A stretch of 64,000 nt of DNA. Source: Paragordius varius (lineage: Eukaryota; Animalia; Nematomorpha). How positions within the stretch are numbered: the stretch's first letter is position 1; every line of letters starts with the position of its first letter. Location of the stretch: the NCBI GenBank assembly GCA_964247055.1, contig OZ176055.1, forward strand, positions 6,696,001-6,760,000, in the 5' to 3' direction. Made by a program: the position numbers and the translations under genes. The notes under the pieces were generated by a model. It was not told where the DNA came from, made no database searches, and saw only the letters and a list, made by a program, of their open reading frames with translations. This document shows, piece by piece, positions 51,525 to 63,217 of the stretch.

Positions 51525-53152
51525 TCTATATATTTATAAAAATGGAAAGTAGTAGCTTTTTGATCTGTTTCCGGTAAACCGCTAGACCCATTCATATCCA
51601 AATATAGAAAATATATAATCATTAATGAATGCCCCGACAATAGCTTCATCTTTTTTGAATTAGGCCCCCAGTTCAGGCCCACCCCGTGTGAAAAATGGTT
51701 TTTTTTTTGAAAACACAAGTCAAAAAAATCGTGTCTTTGAGACCATTTTCCGGAAAACGTGCAGGACATCAAACATGATTTTTTTTACTTATTTTTGATT
51801 GCACAGAATATAGCCGGATGCTCTTTTAATTTAGGTCCTCTTTTTACCCGCTCCCCCCGCAAAATGCCATTTAAAAAAAGTAAAAAAAAATTTTTGAATC
51901 TATTTTTCGCCCAAGGTATGAGACCGTAAAAATTTAATAAGAATTCCAAATATTCCCTGTTAAAGGCAAATTTTAGATGTGCGTTTGTTTTATATTGGGT
52001 TCTGGGTAAGGAGATACCCGCTAAAACTGACTTATCATATCGAAATAGCGTGCGTGCCTTTGGGACTAAATTTCAAAAAACCTATCAGGCCATATGAGTC
52101 CAATCCGTGCTTAAAATATTACCCGTAAAATTCTAAAATTCGAGCGGATTTTTTAATTAGCGGTTAAATAGGCCCTTTATGCCCTGCAAAATGCGCCACC
52201 ATAGAATAATTTTTAGATTTTGTGGCCATTTTTCCAAAAACGAATGAGAGCATACGGAATAGATTATGATTCCAGGTATTCTTAGGAAAAGGCATAAATT
52301 TTAATTAAGCGCTTTTTTGTATCAGCCTCTGGATAAGAAGCTACCCATCTAAAGCTGCGCCACCTTATGAAAATTGCGTTGTTTAGGAGTTAATTTTTAG
52401 AAAACTATCAGGCCATAGAAGTTTTATAAGGGCCTGAAATATTTATTACCACTTAAAAAACAAATATTTTAGTATAAGGGGTTATATCAATGCGTCGCTA
52501 AGAAAAGTTTTACGCCTGAAAAATTCGCCGCCAGAGAACAATTTTTTGGCTTTCAAGCAATATTTCCAGTAACTTATAGGAACATATGACATTATAATTC
52601 CAGATATTCCCCATATAAAGACAAAAGTTTTGCCTGACGCTTTTTTATACCTCCCTTTGGGAAAGAAGCTCCCGCTAAAAACTGTGTCCTTATATAGAAA
52701 TTGCGTTGTTTTGGAACTAATTTAAATGCCATATGAGCTCATTTAAAGTTCGAAATATTACCCGTACTAGGTAAAGATTTAGGTCGGGCCTTTTTTTATT
52801 AGGAATAAATTTGGGACCTTTGCGTAAAAATACCCCATTTTTTCGAATAACTCATGAGACGATGGTCTCAAAGCCAAATATTTTCCATATAAAGGCAAAA
52901 AATTTAACTTAGCGCTTTTCCATATAGGCTTATGGGTAGGGGTCTACGGTTTAAAACAGAGATACAATAATGGCGTGGCTTTGGAGCTAATTTTCAATAA
53001 ACTTGAGACGCCATACGAGTTCAATAAATTTAAATATTACCCATAAAAAGGTAAAAATTGTAGTTATCCCTTTTTCAAACACCCCCCCCCCCCTCCCCCC
53101 AAAAGTCAGAAGGATTTCCTCGGGTTGCGTAGCAGCACAAGTTTTACGCTAG
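51525..53152 (+). mobile_element. Non-autonomous Helitron (copy 3) with four diverged ~280-330-bp internal tandem units
   Basis: A|TCTATATATTTATAAAAATGG at 51525. The hairpin CTCGGGTTGC-GTA-GCAGCACAAG is followed by CTAG|T at 53149-53152. Repeated motifs (CCA.ATATT..., AAGG.AAA, CTACCC/CTCCCGCTAAAA, TATCAGGCCATA) start near 51950, 52270, 52600 and 52875. Confidence 0.9.
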
Positions 53153-53982
53153 TTTTCTACATGATTTTCCGTCTGATAATTATAAAAAAAATACGCTTTC
53201 TAACCTGATCAATATTTATTAAAATATCATGAATTAATTTTGTTAATTTGAAATTTTGAGGCACCTCTTTTTGCGGAAGCCCTGAGTGAAAGAGCCATTG
53301 AATCTTACGGTGGAGTCCGAGATTTATAGTTTTGCCAATGTGCGAGAGGCTGAATCATAGTTTGAATAATTTCGGCAGAAAATAAAACATTAACCAATGA
53401 AAAATAGGCCAATCTTAGTTTTCAACGCAAAATGAACCATTTCTTTACAAATTATGGGGGTATATTTAAAGAGGGTACTATATTAAATTTAAAATAATTT
53501 TTTGAATAAATAAAAGGCAATTAATATATATTCATATATAATTAATTTTTTTTATTACAGAAAGTACAAAAGTGAGCTCAGTCCCAATTTCGCATCTTAT
53601 TTTACAACTACGCGTTTTCAAAAGAATTGTTTCGAAAATTGGTTAAAAAACCTATGCATATTGGAATTTTATAGAATATCATTCATGAATAGCTAAAAGT
53701 ATGGAAATATTTAAAAAAATTTTATTAGTCTGGTTTAAAAATAAAAAATATAATTTTGCCATAAGGTTGAGATTCGAATAATACCCACCGCCTTTCTGTG
53801 CAAAATATTTTATATTAAAGCTAACAGCGCTAACTAGGACTTACCAACCACATAATCCAAAAAGAGTATACCTTCACTTTGGAATATTTTTAAATTTATG
53901 ACAAAACTCCTATGGCGAGGACGTCGACATATATGTTTTGAATATCCAGGTTTATAAACCAACGAAAGGTAGTTTTATCATC

Positions 53983-54055
53983 GCCGAAATAGCTCAGTTG
54001 GGAGAGCGTTAGACTGAAGATCTAAAGGTCCCTGGTTCAATCCCGGGTTTCGGCA
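53983..54055 (+). tRNA. tRNA-Phe(GAA)
   Basis: GCCGAAATAGCTCAGTTGGGAGAGCGTTAGACTGAAGATCTAAAGGTCCCTGGTTCAATCCCGGGTTTCGGCA, followed by oligo-T. Confidence 0.98.
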
Positions 54056-56337
54056 TAATTTTTTTATTTTTTTATAAACAAATTGTCTCCATTGTTATAT
54101 AAATAGGTCAATATACTAATACTTTAGGGCAGGGGTTGCCAACACAAATAGCATCGCTGGCCACATTTTTCACTCAAAAAATCTGACGGCGCATTTGAAA
54201 TATCTATAGACCTTTGATTACTATTAGTAGATTTTTTAACATAAGACTGTAAAATGCATGCATAAAACAATATGTTCTCATCTTTGCTCTTCGAATATAT
54301 TTAATGAGAAAAATTTTTCTAGAACCATTTAACTAAAATTTTGTGAGCCTATTTTTAAAAATTTATGTATTACCAAATTTTTCGAGGTATGCGTAATGGA
54401 CACGCCTGGTTGCAAATGATTTAAATTGATAAAAATCATTAATTTTTAATTGGCCATTAGAACGCGAAAATAATTATTTCACACAATATTTTAGGAATGG
54501 CTCTATTTCCAATATATTTATTAACTTTATTTATTTTTTTAAATTATATATCATTGAAAAACAATTTTTTTTATCAATCTATAAATTTAATTACAAAAAT
54601 ATTAAAATCAGTTTCCAGCATTCTTGCGTTAATGCTACTTCTGATTGGTTTTCTTTCAAATTAAATATATTTTTTAAAGGAATAAAAAATGGAGTCAAAA
54701 TAAATAAAAGTAAATCGAAATTAATTGTGTGACAAAGTACTGCTAGTGTAATTCAAATTAAAGCAAATATATATTATATATGTAGAGTGATTCGGAAAAA
54801 ATAATGAGAGAAAGATTGCATTTTTAATAAAATTTGAATAACTTTACATTTTATAATTAAAAATATTTGCACGCTTTACTTTTAATACATTAAGCTCCAT
54901 ATTTTTTTATTAAATAATTTCTTAACCTTTAACCTTTCTTGATTACCTATGATTATACAAAAAATAGTGCCAAAACAATATTTAATTTAACTGAAGTTTA
55001 TATTTAAATTTGGTTAAATGCATTAACCAGGCTATAAAATATTACCATCAACACACAAGGTCACGTCCAAAAACGGTTGGTGCCGAAAGTTGTAATGAAA
55101 TTAAGGTCTTTTTGCGATTTAATACCTAATTTTAAGCATAGGAGCAGATATTAACCGTTTGGTATTTTAGTTTTTGAAAGCTACTTTGTAACCTAACACG
55201 TTTGAGATATCAAAAATATGTCACATGAGAGGATATTGTAATAAATAATGTTTTAAATTCATAAGTATATAAGAAAAGACAACAGTAATGTTATGACTGC
55301 AATGAAATTTAAATTTGCTAGATTTAAGTTTGACACTGAGGAAAAATTGAACATATTAAAATATGTATTTGATGTTTACAAATTCGGGCCCAATTTAATA
55401 TAATTTTTTCGTTAAATATTTTCTCAGATATTGTCAAATATTTAATGAGCGCAAAAAATTTAATCCTCAAATATACAAAGTCATTTAAATTAATATGTTA
55501 TATATTCAGTTTTATAAGGTTAAAATTTTCAACCAATTTAACGCTTCTAATAATTTATGGTAGTTTTAATGTACCAAAAATTTGATATTATTGTTAAAAA
55601 CGATTCAATATATATGTGCGCTTTATATAATCTCCTTGCTCAATGTTAATCAACATTTATTTAACAGCTATTATAATGTATAAGTGTTGTATTCATGGAA
55701 CGACCATCTTTTCGCTGAATTGACGCGTTATAAATTCAATATTAACAAATCAAAACATAAGTACTCTATGTATTTTAATGAGTTAATTCCAGGCCTTGGA
55801 ACCGGTTAAACAAAAGTGGAGCCGGAACTAGTAGTACTTAATGTAAATCATTCCAATATTAATATTATAAAATTACAAATGAGAATAATGAGGCAACTTC
55901 TTGCGAAAAAATACAGTGAATCATGCCATGATTACAATGGGAAAAATAAATGTCTCGTAGTTCGTTCATCACCATTTTTTAAGATTTTGAAATTATATTT
56001 AAAAATTTGATTCCGATTTACTTTCAGTTTTTTAATTTTAAATTTTTTGGATTATCCCAAATAAATTTAAACATACATTAAGATGGGATTCAATTTTTAT
56101 CGTTTGGCTTTTCATTAAGGCTCGCAATCTTAAAACCGGAACAATTTGGTTTGGGTCAATTTTTTGTCAAATATAGAGAAAAGGAAACGAAGAATTAATT
56201 TACATGTTAAACCAATCCCAATAATTGAGACACGATTAAATGCGCAAAATCTGACATAACTAACAATTTTTGAGAAAAATAGAGCACCTCTGTTTTTTTG
56301 AGCCATGCTGGTTCTAAAATGGAAAATTAAATAACAT

Positions 56338-58728
56338 ATGACTTTATCCAATGATGAAATATCACGCTTTTCTCGGCATCTCATTTTGCCTCATATTTCA
56401 TTGTCAGGTAATGTGAAATATATATTTTTGTAGGTCAAACCGAATTAAAACACAGCCATATTGCGATTGTGGGGGCAGGAGGAATTGGATCATCTATTAT
56501 TTTATATTTAGCTTCTGCTGGAATTGGTATTTTATATAAATATATTAAAGGAACCTTATCCATATTTGATGATGACATTGTGAGTTTACAAAATTTGCAC
56601 AGACAAGTACTTTACACGTTTCAGGACATTGGCAAGTCAAAAGCAGAAGTCGCCAAAATTGTGGCTCTAAGCCGTAATCCAAATCTCACCTGTCATGCAT
56701 ATCCTATCCGGTTAAATTACAAAAATGCATTTGAAATTTTCGATTATTTTAACGCAATTGATCCGGACAAACATCAAATAAATTTAATTATAGATGCAAC
56801 CGACAATTTTTCTGCTCGATATCTCATTAATGATTTATCAATTTATTATGATATACCATGGATATTTGGTAGTGCTATTGGTTTTGAAGGTCAAACATCC
56901 ACATTTAATTATAAATGCAAAAAAGAAGATAGTTTAAATTCGAATTATCCATGTTATAAATGTCTTTTCCCAACAGCCCCTCCCCAATTATCTGTGCGAT
57001 CTTGTGATGAGTTTGGTGTCTTAGGTTTTTATATTTTTTCTGTTAAAGTAAAATATTTTTCTATGAGCTATATAAATTTATAATATAAATATTTATAAAT
57101 TATATAAAAAAATCACTTTTATTGTATTTATTAGTGGCTGTTAAGTTTTAAGATATTATTGTTAATTTGTTATGTTTAACTATATAATTTGAAAATCAGA
57201 TCGATAGTGTATAATCTTATTTACTTTAGGTGTTATTCCAGGACTCATTGGAATGATACAAGCTTTAGAAGCACAAAAAATATTGATAAGCAGTTTGGAA
57301 CCAAGTTTTGCTGGAAAATTACTCATGTTTGATAGTTTATCAACTGATAATCCCTTTAAGATAGTTAATTTTCGCAAAAAACCGCGGACCGATTGCTCAT
57401 CATGTGGTTTGTTAAAAATGGACAGGTAGGTAACATAGTTAATAATAATTTACAAAAAAATAATTTATATTTATTTAATTATATTTTCAATTCTTTACTC
57501 TAAATTTACCATATTTTCTCCTCATTCAAGAGCTATTGGCACTTGCAATTACGAAAAAAATTTAATTAAAAGATAACCAAGATTAATATTAGTTTGAATT
57601 TGAAATAAAAGAAAGGTAAATACTTCAAATTAATATGAGATAGTTAAACAAGGTTAGGTGTATTTTCTGGACCCTTAAATTTTTTAAATAGATCTCTTCT
57701 AGCCGATATACAATTGGATCAGATATGTGCTAATAATGCCAATTTTATCGTTCCACAAATTGCAGTAAACGATGTTTTCCATACTATGATACAAAAACAA
57801 AGTATCGAAGATAAAAATTCAATTTATAATAATGGTAAATCGATCACACAATATGTTATTGATGTAAGAGAGGCACATGAGTTGGAAATTTGTAAATTAC
57901 AAACACCAGATCACATTACATTTTTGAGTAATTTCGCTTCTAAATTTATATTTATTTAATGGTATAATTTTATAATCTCTTATTGTAAGATCGTTTTTTA
58001 TAAATTAAACTTTTATAAATTTATCATTTGTTTTTAGTTTTTTGCCATTTATACATAATTTTTTGAATCATTTGTTTGTTTGGTGATAAAGTATCTTTCG
58101 ATTGGATATTTTTTATATCCTAATGTATAATATTGCATAAAAGAATTTTATCTAAACAATTTTAGATATTCCATATAGTAATTTTGTGAAACCCAGTGGA
58201 GTTAAACACATTCTGAATGTTTTGCTAAATCACTTTTCCCCCTCCGTGCTGGAAGCAGAGCGTTCCCCCATTGAAGGTATGTTAATAAAATTTTCATTTC
58301 CATTTAATTTGCCATTAATACAAAGCTTATTTAATCTTAAAAAAATTAAAAATAACACTAAATATTTGAAACTATTTCAAACATGATATTTTCTAATGAT
58401 CCTTTATTTAAAATCTAATATATTTATTGTAGTTTATGTCATTTGTCGCCGTGGTAAAGATTCTATTTTAGCTACTTATTATTTGCAACAATGTATCGAT
58501 CGGTTGTTAACTAAAACAACCATCCAAGAATCAAATAAGCTTAATGACTATTCTGATTTGGAAATCGAACTAAAACAAATTTTGAAGAAAACCGTTTCGG
58601 AACACACATCAATAAATGAAAATAATTGCAAGCAATATGCAATAGGCAAGCGAATAAAAGTTTTTAATGTTACAGGTGGATTACATGCTTGGGCATCTAA
58701 AGTCGACAAAAAATTTCCTGTATATTAA
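56338..58728 (+). CDS. MOCS3: Adenylyltransferase and sulfurtransferase MOCS3/UBA4, 491 aa, seven exons
   Basis: Exons 56338-56407, 56434-56526, 56551-57024, 57230-57425, 57692-57927, 58166-58276 and 58433-58728 (1476 nt, phases consistent). Motifs: RFSRHLILP, IVGAGGIG, NLHRQVL, DATDNF, SAIGFEGQ, CYKCLFP, SCDEFGVLG, CSSC, and rhodanese VIDVRE, ICRRGKDS and GGLHAWASKVDKKFPVY. Confidence 0.96.
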
Positions 58729-58871
58729 CATTAATATCTGGATTTATTAAAATAAATAAATCTATTTCACATATATATTTTTTTAAAAAAATTTTTGTTT
58801 TTTCGGCTTCAACATCTTCATAATAGAAAATCACAAATTTTTTAGCGGAAAACGCCATCTTTATAGTAAAT

Positions 58872-59081
58872 ATTTAACATATTATGGAGATTATTTCTCG
58901 TAGCCTACCTTTGCAATTAAGTCCACAACAAGGACGAAACGCGTCTCACACTATGACACGTGGTAAACACTGTCCCCTTTAAATTTTCGTTTCATAAAGC
59001 CACCTATTGCTTGATAGGAAGTACTATAACTTCTAATTGCAAAGGTAGGCTACGAGAAATAATCTCCATAATATGTTAAAT
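58872..59081. repeat. Perfect 48-bp inverted repeat enclosing a 114-bp spacer (young MITE-like or Penelope-derived element)
   Basis: ATTTAACATATTATGGAGATTATTTCTCGTAGCCTACCTTTGCAATTA (58872-58919) is the exact reverse complement of 59034-59081. Confidence 0.9.
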
Positions 59082-59114
59082 CTTCATAATAGGTTGTTTG
59101 GGTGTCATGCTTTT

Positions 59115-59415
59115 GTTTCTTCTTATTGTTATTTTGATCTTTGCCGAATTTATAATAATACCGTGTTTTATTAGGTACTTTTTCCATTTTATGAATATGT
59201 TGCTCAATTCGTCTTCGGAAGTGGGCATGGGCTGTAATGATAAGATCACCAACATAGATAAATTGATAGGGTGAGCGTACTGATATGTTTTTCTTCGAGA
59301 TGTAAACTAGTATTGCTATGAATAATAAAGCGCTCAGGGTAGAACCCTATTGTAGGAGGCCCATTTGTATTAAAAAACTGTTTGTATTTCCTACATTGGC
59401 ACTAACACAGCTGTG
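59115..59415 (-). mobile_element. Degenerate RTE-like LINE reverse transcriptase fragment
   Basis: Minus-strand frames: MGLLQ*GSTLSALLFI..VYISK..PYQFIYVGDLII (RT motifs QGSxLSPxLF and YADD), then after a frameshift KWKKYLIKHGIIINSAKIK (compare W...L...GL.IN..KT). Confidence 0.7.
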
Positions 59416-60927
59416 TTTGTATATAAATCAATTTTGAATTCAAATGTACTCATCAATATTATTTTATCTCGTTTGCTTGACTGAGTGACGGAGAGGATCA
59501 AAAGCTTGTTTTATCCGAGATTTTATGTTCGGCCCGCAAAAAATTCGGAATAATATGCAATATTCTCACAAATCTTAAAATTAATGTTTTTAAACAATTT
59601 TCTAATTATTTTTAATTGGAAAGTACTAAAAAAATGTTATATATGTTTCATTTTACCGTTTTAATTTTGTAAATTTGATTAATTAATTATGAATGTCCAT
59701 ATATATCTCAAATGCAGCCCGCCAGTTTTTTTGAGTCCAAAGGTGGCCCGCGAATCGATTTGTGATGTACACCCCTGTTTTAGATTGTCAGACATGTGGA
59801 TCTGACAGTTTTTCTTCGCAAAAGAGAGTTTTCTTATATAAAGAATAAAAATCGGCACAAAAGTACTTTTTGCTTTTTGGAAAAGCAGACGATGTTTTAA
59901 GACAAATCTGTTATTCTAATCGATTCCCTATTACTGTTTCTAATGATTTCATTTTGTGTTCAAAAATTATGAAGGATTAGAGTAAAAGCATACTAATCTA
60001 TCTTTTTTTATAAACTGGAATTATTATTTTTGTCCAAATGGGTATGGTATTAGGGTTAGAGTGACACTTTTTCAAGCAAACGCAAAATATTTTATTTATC
60101 TTTGCTGGAAAAAAGTAGCGTTTCATTGAAAAAATGTTGCTATTGACTGAAAAATGGTATATGTCTTCATCAAACGCCAAGAGATTATTTTTAACAATTT
60201 TTTTATAATAGCCTAGGTGCGACGGCATTGTTTCAATACAGAAAACAAACTGCTTTTAACTGCAGAAAAAAATATATAATTGGATAACATTCGTTATAAA
60301 CAATCCATTTGAAAAATAACGTTTTGGATAAATTATCAGGATGAAAATTATTTTTTACTGTGCAAATAATATAGGAAAAGAAGATAGTGGTTGTTTTTTT
60401 ATCATTTTTTTCCAAATCGACATCATATCAGAATGCAAATCGACATAATAATCCGAATGCATACTGTGTGAATGCCAAAAGTTCTAATAAACGCTTGAAT
60501 AATAAAAGTTATTTCCATATAGGGTGTCCTGTTTAAAATTTTTGGTGGATTGAAAACAGCCTTAAAATGATAATATTAACACTTACAAACCAATATCACT
60601 TTATATAATAATCCAATCAATGGACAAAATGAAGTATATATCAATATAAAAATGACTAAAATATTAAAATTTAACACTTATCTTAACATATATTTGTAAT
60701 CAAATCCAAAGCAATGAAAATTCTGAATAATTTAAGACATAAATACAAAAAAAATAATTTTCCAAAATATTCGCGGGGCACATGTTGGACACTTTTGATT
60801 CCAACCATATTATTATGCGATTTAAAATTTTTAGTTTAGCCATTATTCGCTCATTTTTGCCAATGAATAAATGTAGTTTCGGTTTTAATTAACGGTGGCG
60901 CTTTTATATTTGCTCGGAAGTAGTATA

Positions 60928-61123
60928 CCATTTTTCAATCAAAAGCAACTTTTTTTAATCCAAAAGCAACTTTTTATCAAACATACGCAATATTTTCTAT
61001 CTCACTTATATCAATTTTGGTCGCCTGTAATATATCGGTTATCCAATTAAAATATTGCGCGTGCTTGAAAAAATGTTGCGTTTAGTTGAAAAATTGCGTA
61101 ATTGCTTTTTGACTGAAAAGTGG
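60928..61123. mobile_element. TA-flanked MITE with CCA termini; partial related copy at ~60100-60162
   Basis: TA|CCATTTTTCAATCAAAAGCAA ... TTGCTTTTTGACTGAAAAGTGG|TA, with internal AAAAGCAAC repeats. Confidence 0.65.
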
Positions 61124-61356
61124 TATCTATCAATCAAGTTGTCGTTTTTCGTTATTTAGGTAGGTAAACTATGCTAATGTTCATTTAAAGTGTTTTAATA
61201 AGGTAAAATCGCATAATAACAAGTCTCCAACAGAAAATATTATAAATATGGGCAAATAAACGGGTACTTCAAGAGGCTGAAATTTTTTTTATTTTTGTTA
61301 CGTATGCAAATAAAATATCTCCAAAATATATAAAACACCAATTTATTGATTATTTT

Positions 61357-62025
61357 TTACAAACTATCAATCCATTCTTTCACGGAAATTAATGTTTGGG
61401 CAGGGTTCTCATTTGTTTGAGGAATATAGATTCGATTAAACGATTTTTCGCTAAGGGTACCGATTGAACGTTGATAAAATGATTTATCTTTACCTAATGT
61501 ATCTTGATATGAGAAAAGTAGTTTTTTTATCTGGTCCTTATTCAAAAATTTATCATCTTTATCCATATTATCGTAATTATTTTGTAACACAAAAATTGGT
61601 GGTTTATATTTGGTGCATGTTTCATCACATATTATATTATATAAAAATTCAATGGATTTATCGGAATGTAATTGATTTGGCCCAACTACGTATATTATTG
61701 CACGAGTTTTATCTTTGTAAAGATCAAAAATTAAATATTTTAGAGAATCATCCCCAGGTACATCCACAACAGTATAATTTACATTATCAGTCAAAAATGT
61801 TCCAATATTTTCTTTCATAGAAGTATATGAGTCTTTGGGCTCATTGTCTGACAAAAGTTTCATAAATAAATGGGTTTTTCCTGCAAAGGACGGACCCATT
61901 ATGAGAATATAATCACGTTTTTTGGTAAAAAACCATTTTTTCGTTAAGAATGTTGTAATTATCAAAATGGCAATCGATAAAATAATTTTTATAATTAAAT
62001 CCAAGTTTTCTGATAAAACAAACAT
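61357..62025 (-). CDS. SRPRB: Signal recognition particle receptor subunit beta, divergent, intronless
   Basis: N-terminal transmembrane helix, P-loop GPSFAGKT, YTSMKEN, VVDVPG, RAIIYVV, EFLYNII and terminal KEWI, in SR-beta order. Confidence 0.85.
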   Translation of the reverse strand: MFVLSENLDLIIKIILSIAILIITTFLTKKWFFTKKRDYILIMGPSFAGKTHLFMKLLSDNEPKDSYTSMKENIGTFLTDNVNYTVVDVPGDDSLKYLIFDLYKDKTRAIIYVVGPNQLHSDKSIEFLYNIICDETCTKYKPPIFVLQNNYDNMDKDDKFLNKDQIKKLLFSYQDTLGKDKSFYQRSIGTLSEKSFNRIYIPQTNENPAQTLISVKEWIDSL

Positions 62026-62067
62026 GTTTTTTTTTAATATAATTAACGCGTGAAACTCATATGGATA

Positions 62068-63217
62068 ATGACGGCTGATAAAACGAATGCTAATTCAACC
62101 AGCATTGGTATGAAGGAATTATGTTGCTTATTTTGTTGTCCACCCCTTCCATCGAGAATAGCCGCAAAACTTGCATTTTTACCACCCGAACCGACCTATG
62201 ATTTTGTTCCAATAGCCGAGCAAAAAATAAGTTTTGAAAAAATTAAATCTCCAAACTCCGTTAAATCTCCCCACCAAAGAATAATTGAAATTTCTAAAAC
62301 TCATGGAATTGAATCTCTTGCGCGGCCAATTATTGAGAAAGCTACATCTCTTACTTCACGTCTTATGAACAAAACTGTCGAACGAGGTTCTCCCATCCCT
62401 ACTTCGAATGATTCCGCTATTGTAGTTAAAAATGAACCAAGTGAAAATAAAGCCTTGTCAAGCAGTCCAGAAAATGTATTATGTTGTCCATGTTATAATT
62501 TATATCTTGGACTTCAAGCGGATTGGCATTTTTCTGCCAAAGATTTGGATCGTCTTGAAGCTTTTACCGTTACGAATAAACGGGGAACTGTCCTACCATG
62601 TATTATGGTACGCTCTGGTGTAATTTTATCATCAAAGCACATAGAAAATTATGATAATCATCATTTACATTTTAAAGCTGTTAATTCTGCCGATATTCCA
62701 TTTATAAACAGTATATTTTGATTTTTTTTATTGTTTTACATATACATTTCCCTTTTTGCTAACGGTGTTATTAGGAAAATTTTAGGAATTATTTAATATG
62801 ATACTACGATTAACGCTAAAAAGCAAAGACAAAAAATTTGGTTTTTATAGTTATTTCAAATATAACCTCAACCTATCGTTTGGGGGTGCAAAAAAGGAAT
62901 AGAAATGTAAATTAGTAACACATTTTATATTCCACACTCTAACTTGATGGCATAGAAAAAAATTTAGACTCTGAAATTATGGGTGCCCTTTGTAAAAAAT
63001 GTAATTAACCTTCTATAGTCTTAATATTCACTGTAATTAATATTTTTTGTATAAAAAAACTTTTTATTCATTTAAATCGATATTTAGTTCAAAATACGGC
63101 TTTGGCCTCTGTTTTATCGAAATCGCTGAAAGAAGGAATGGAAAGCGGTTCCCAGTTATATAAACAAGAGCAATACTTTAATGCAGTTTCAAATATCGCC
63201 GCAAACGGAACGGAAAA
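62068..63217 (+). CDS. ABHD17: ABHD17-family depalmitoylase, 5' part; gene continues beyond the window
   Basis: The [28 protein letters not shown] palmitoylation motif and [27 protein letters not shown]. Exon 1 is 62068-62617; a phase-compatible candidate exon lies at 63088-63217. The hydrolase core is not in the window. Confidence 0.9.

Noticed and set aside
33800-53100. Regularly spaced repeats resembling a CRISPR array or a Rep-containing satellite
   Set aside because: The units are 300-600 bp with no unique spacers, there are no cas genes, the context is eukaryotic, and Helitron termini explain them.
56130-56384. Minus-strand ORF whose internal ATG (56306) is 31 bp from the MOCS3 ATG
   Set aside because: It would fit the head-to-head pattern, but I found no homology and no coherent spliced continuation; its 5' part is antisense to MOCS3 exon 1.
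60050-60062. TTAGGGTTAG telomere-like motif
   Set aside because: A single unit, expected by chance.
61464-61820. Antisense or overlapping ORFs (e.g. 61464, 37064, 22516, 23944, 21530, 57180)
   Set aside because: They are shadows of real coding exons on the opposite strand, with no independent support.
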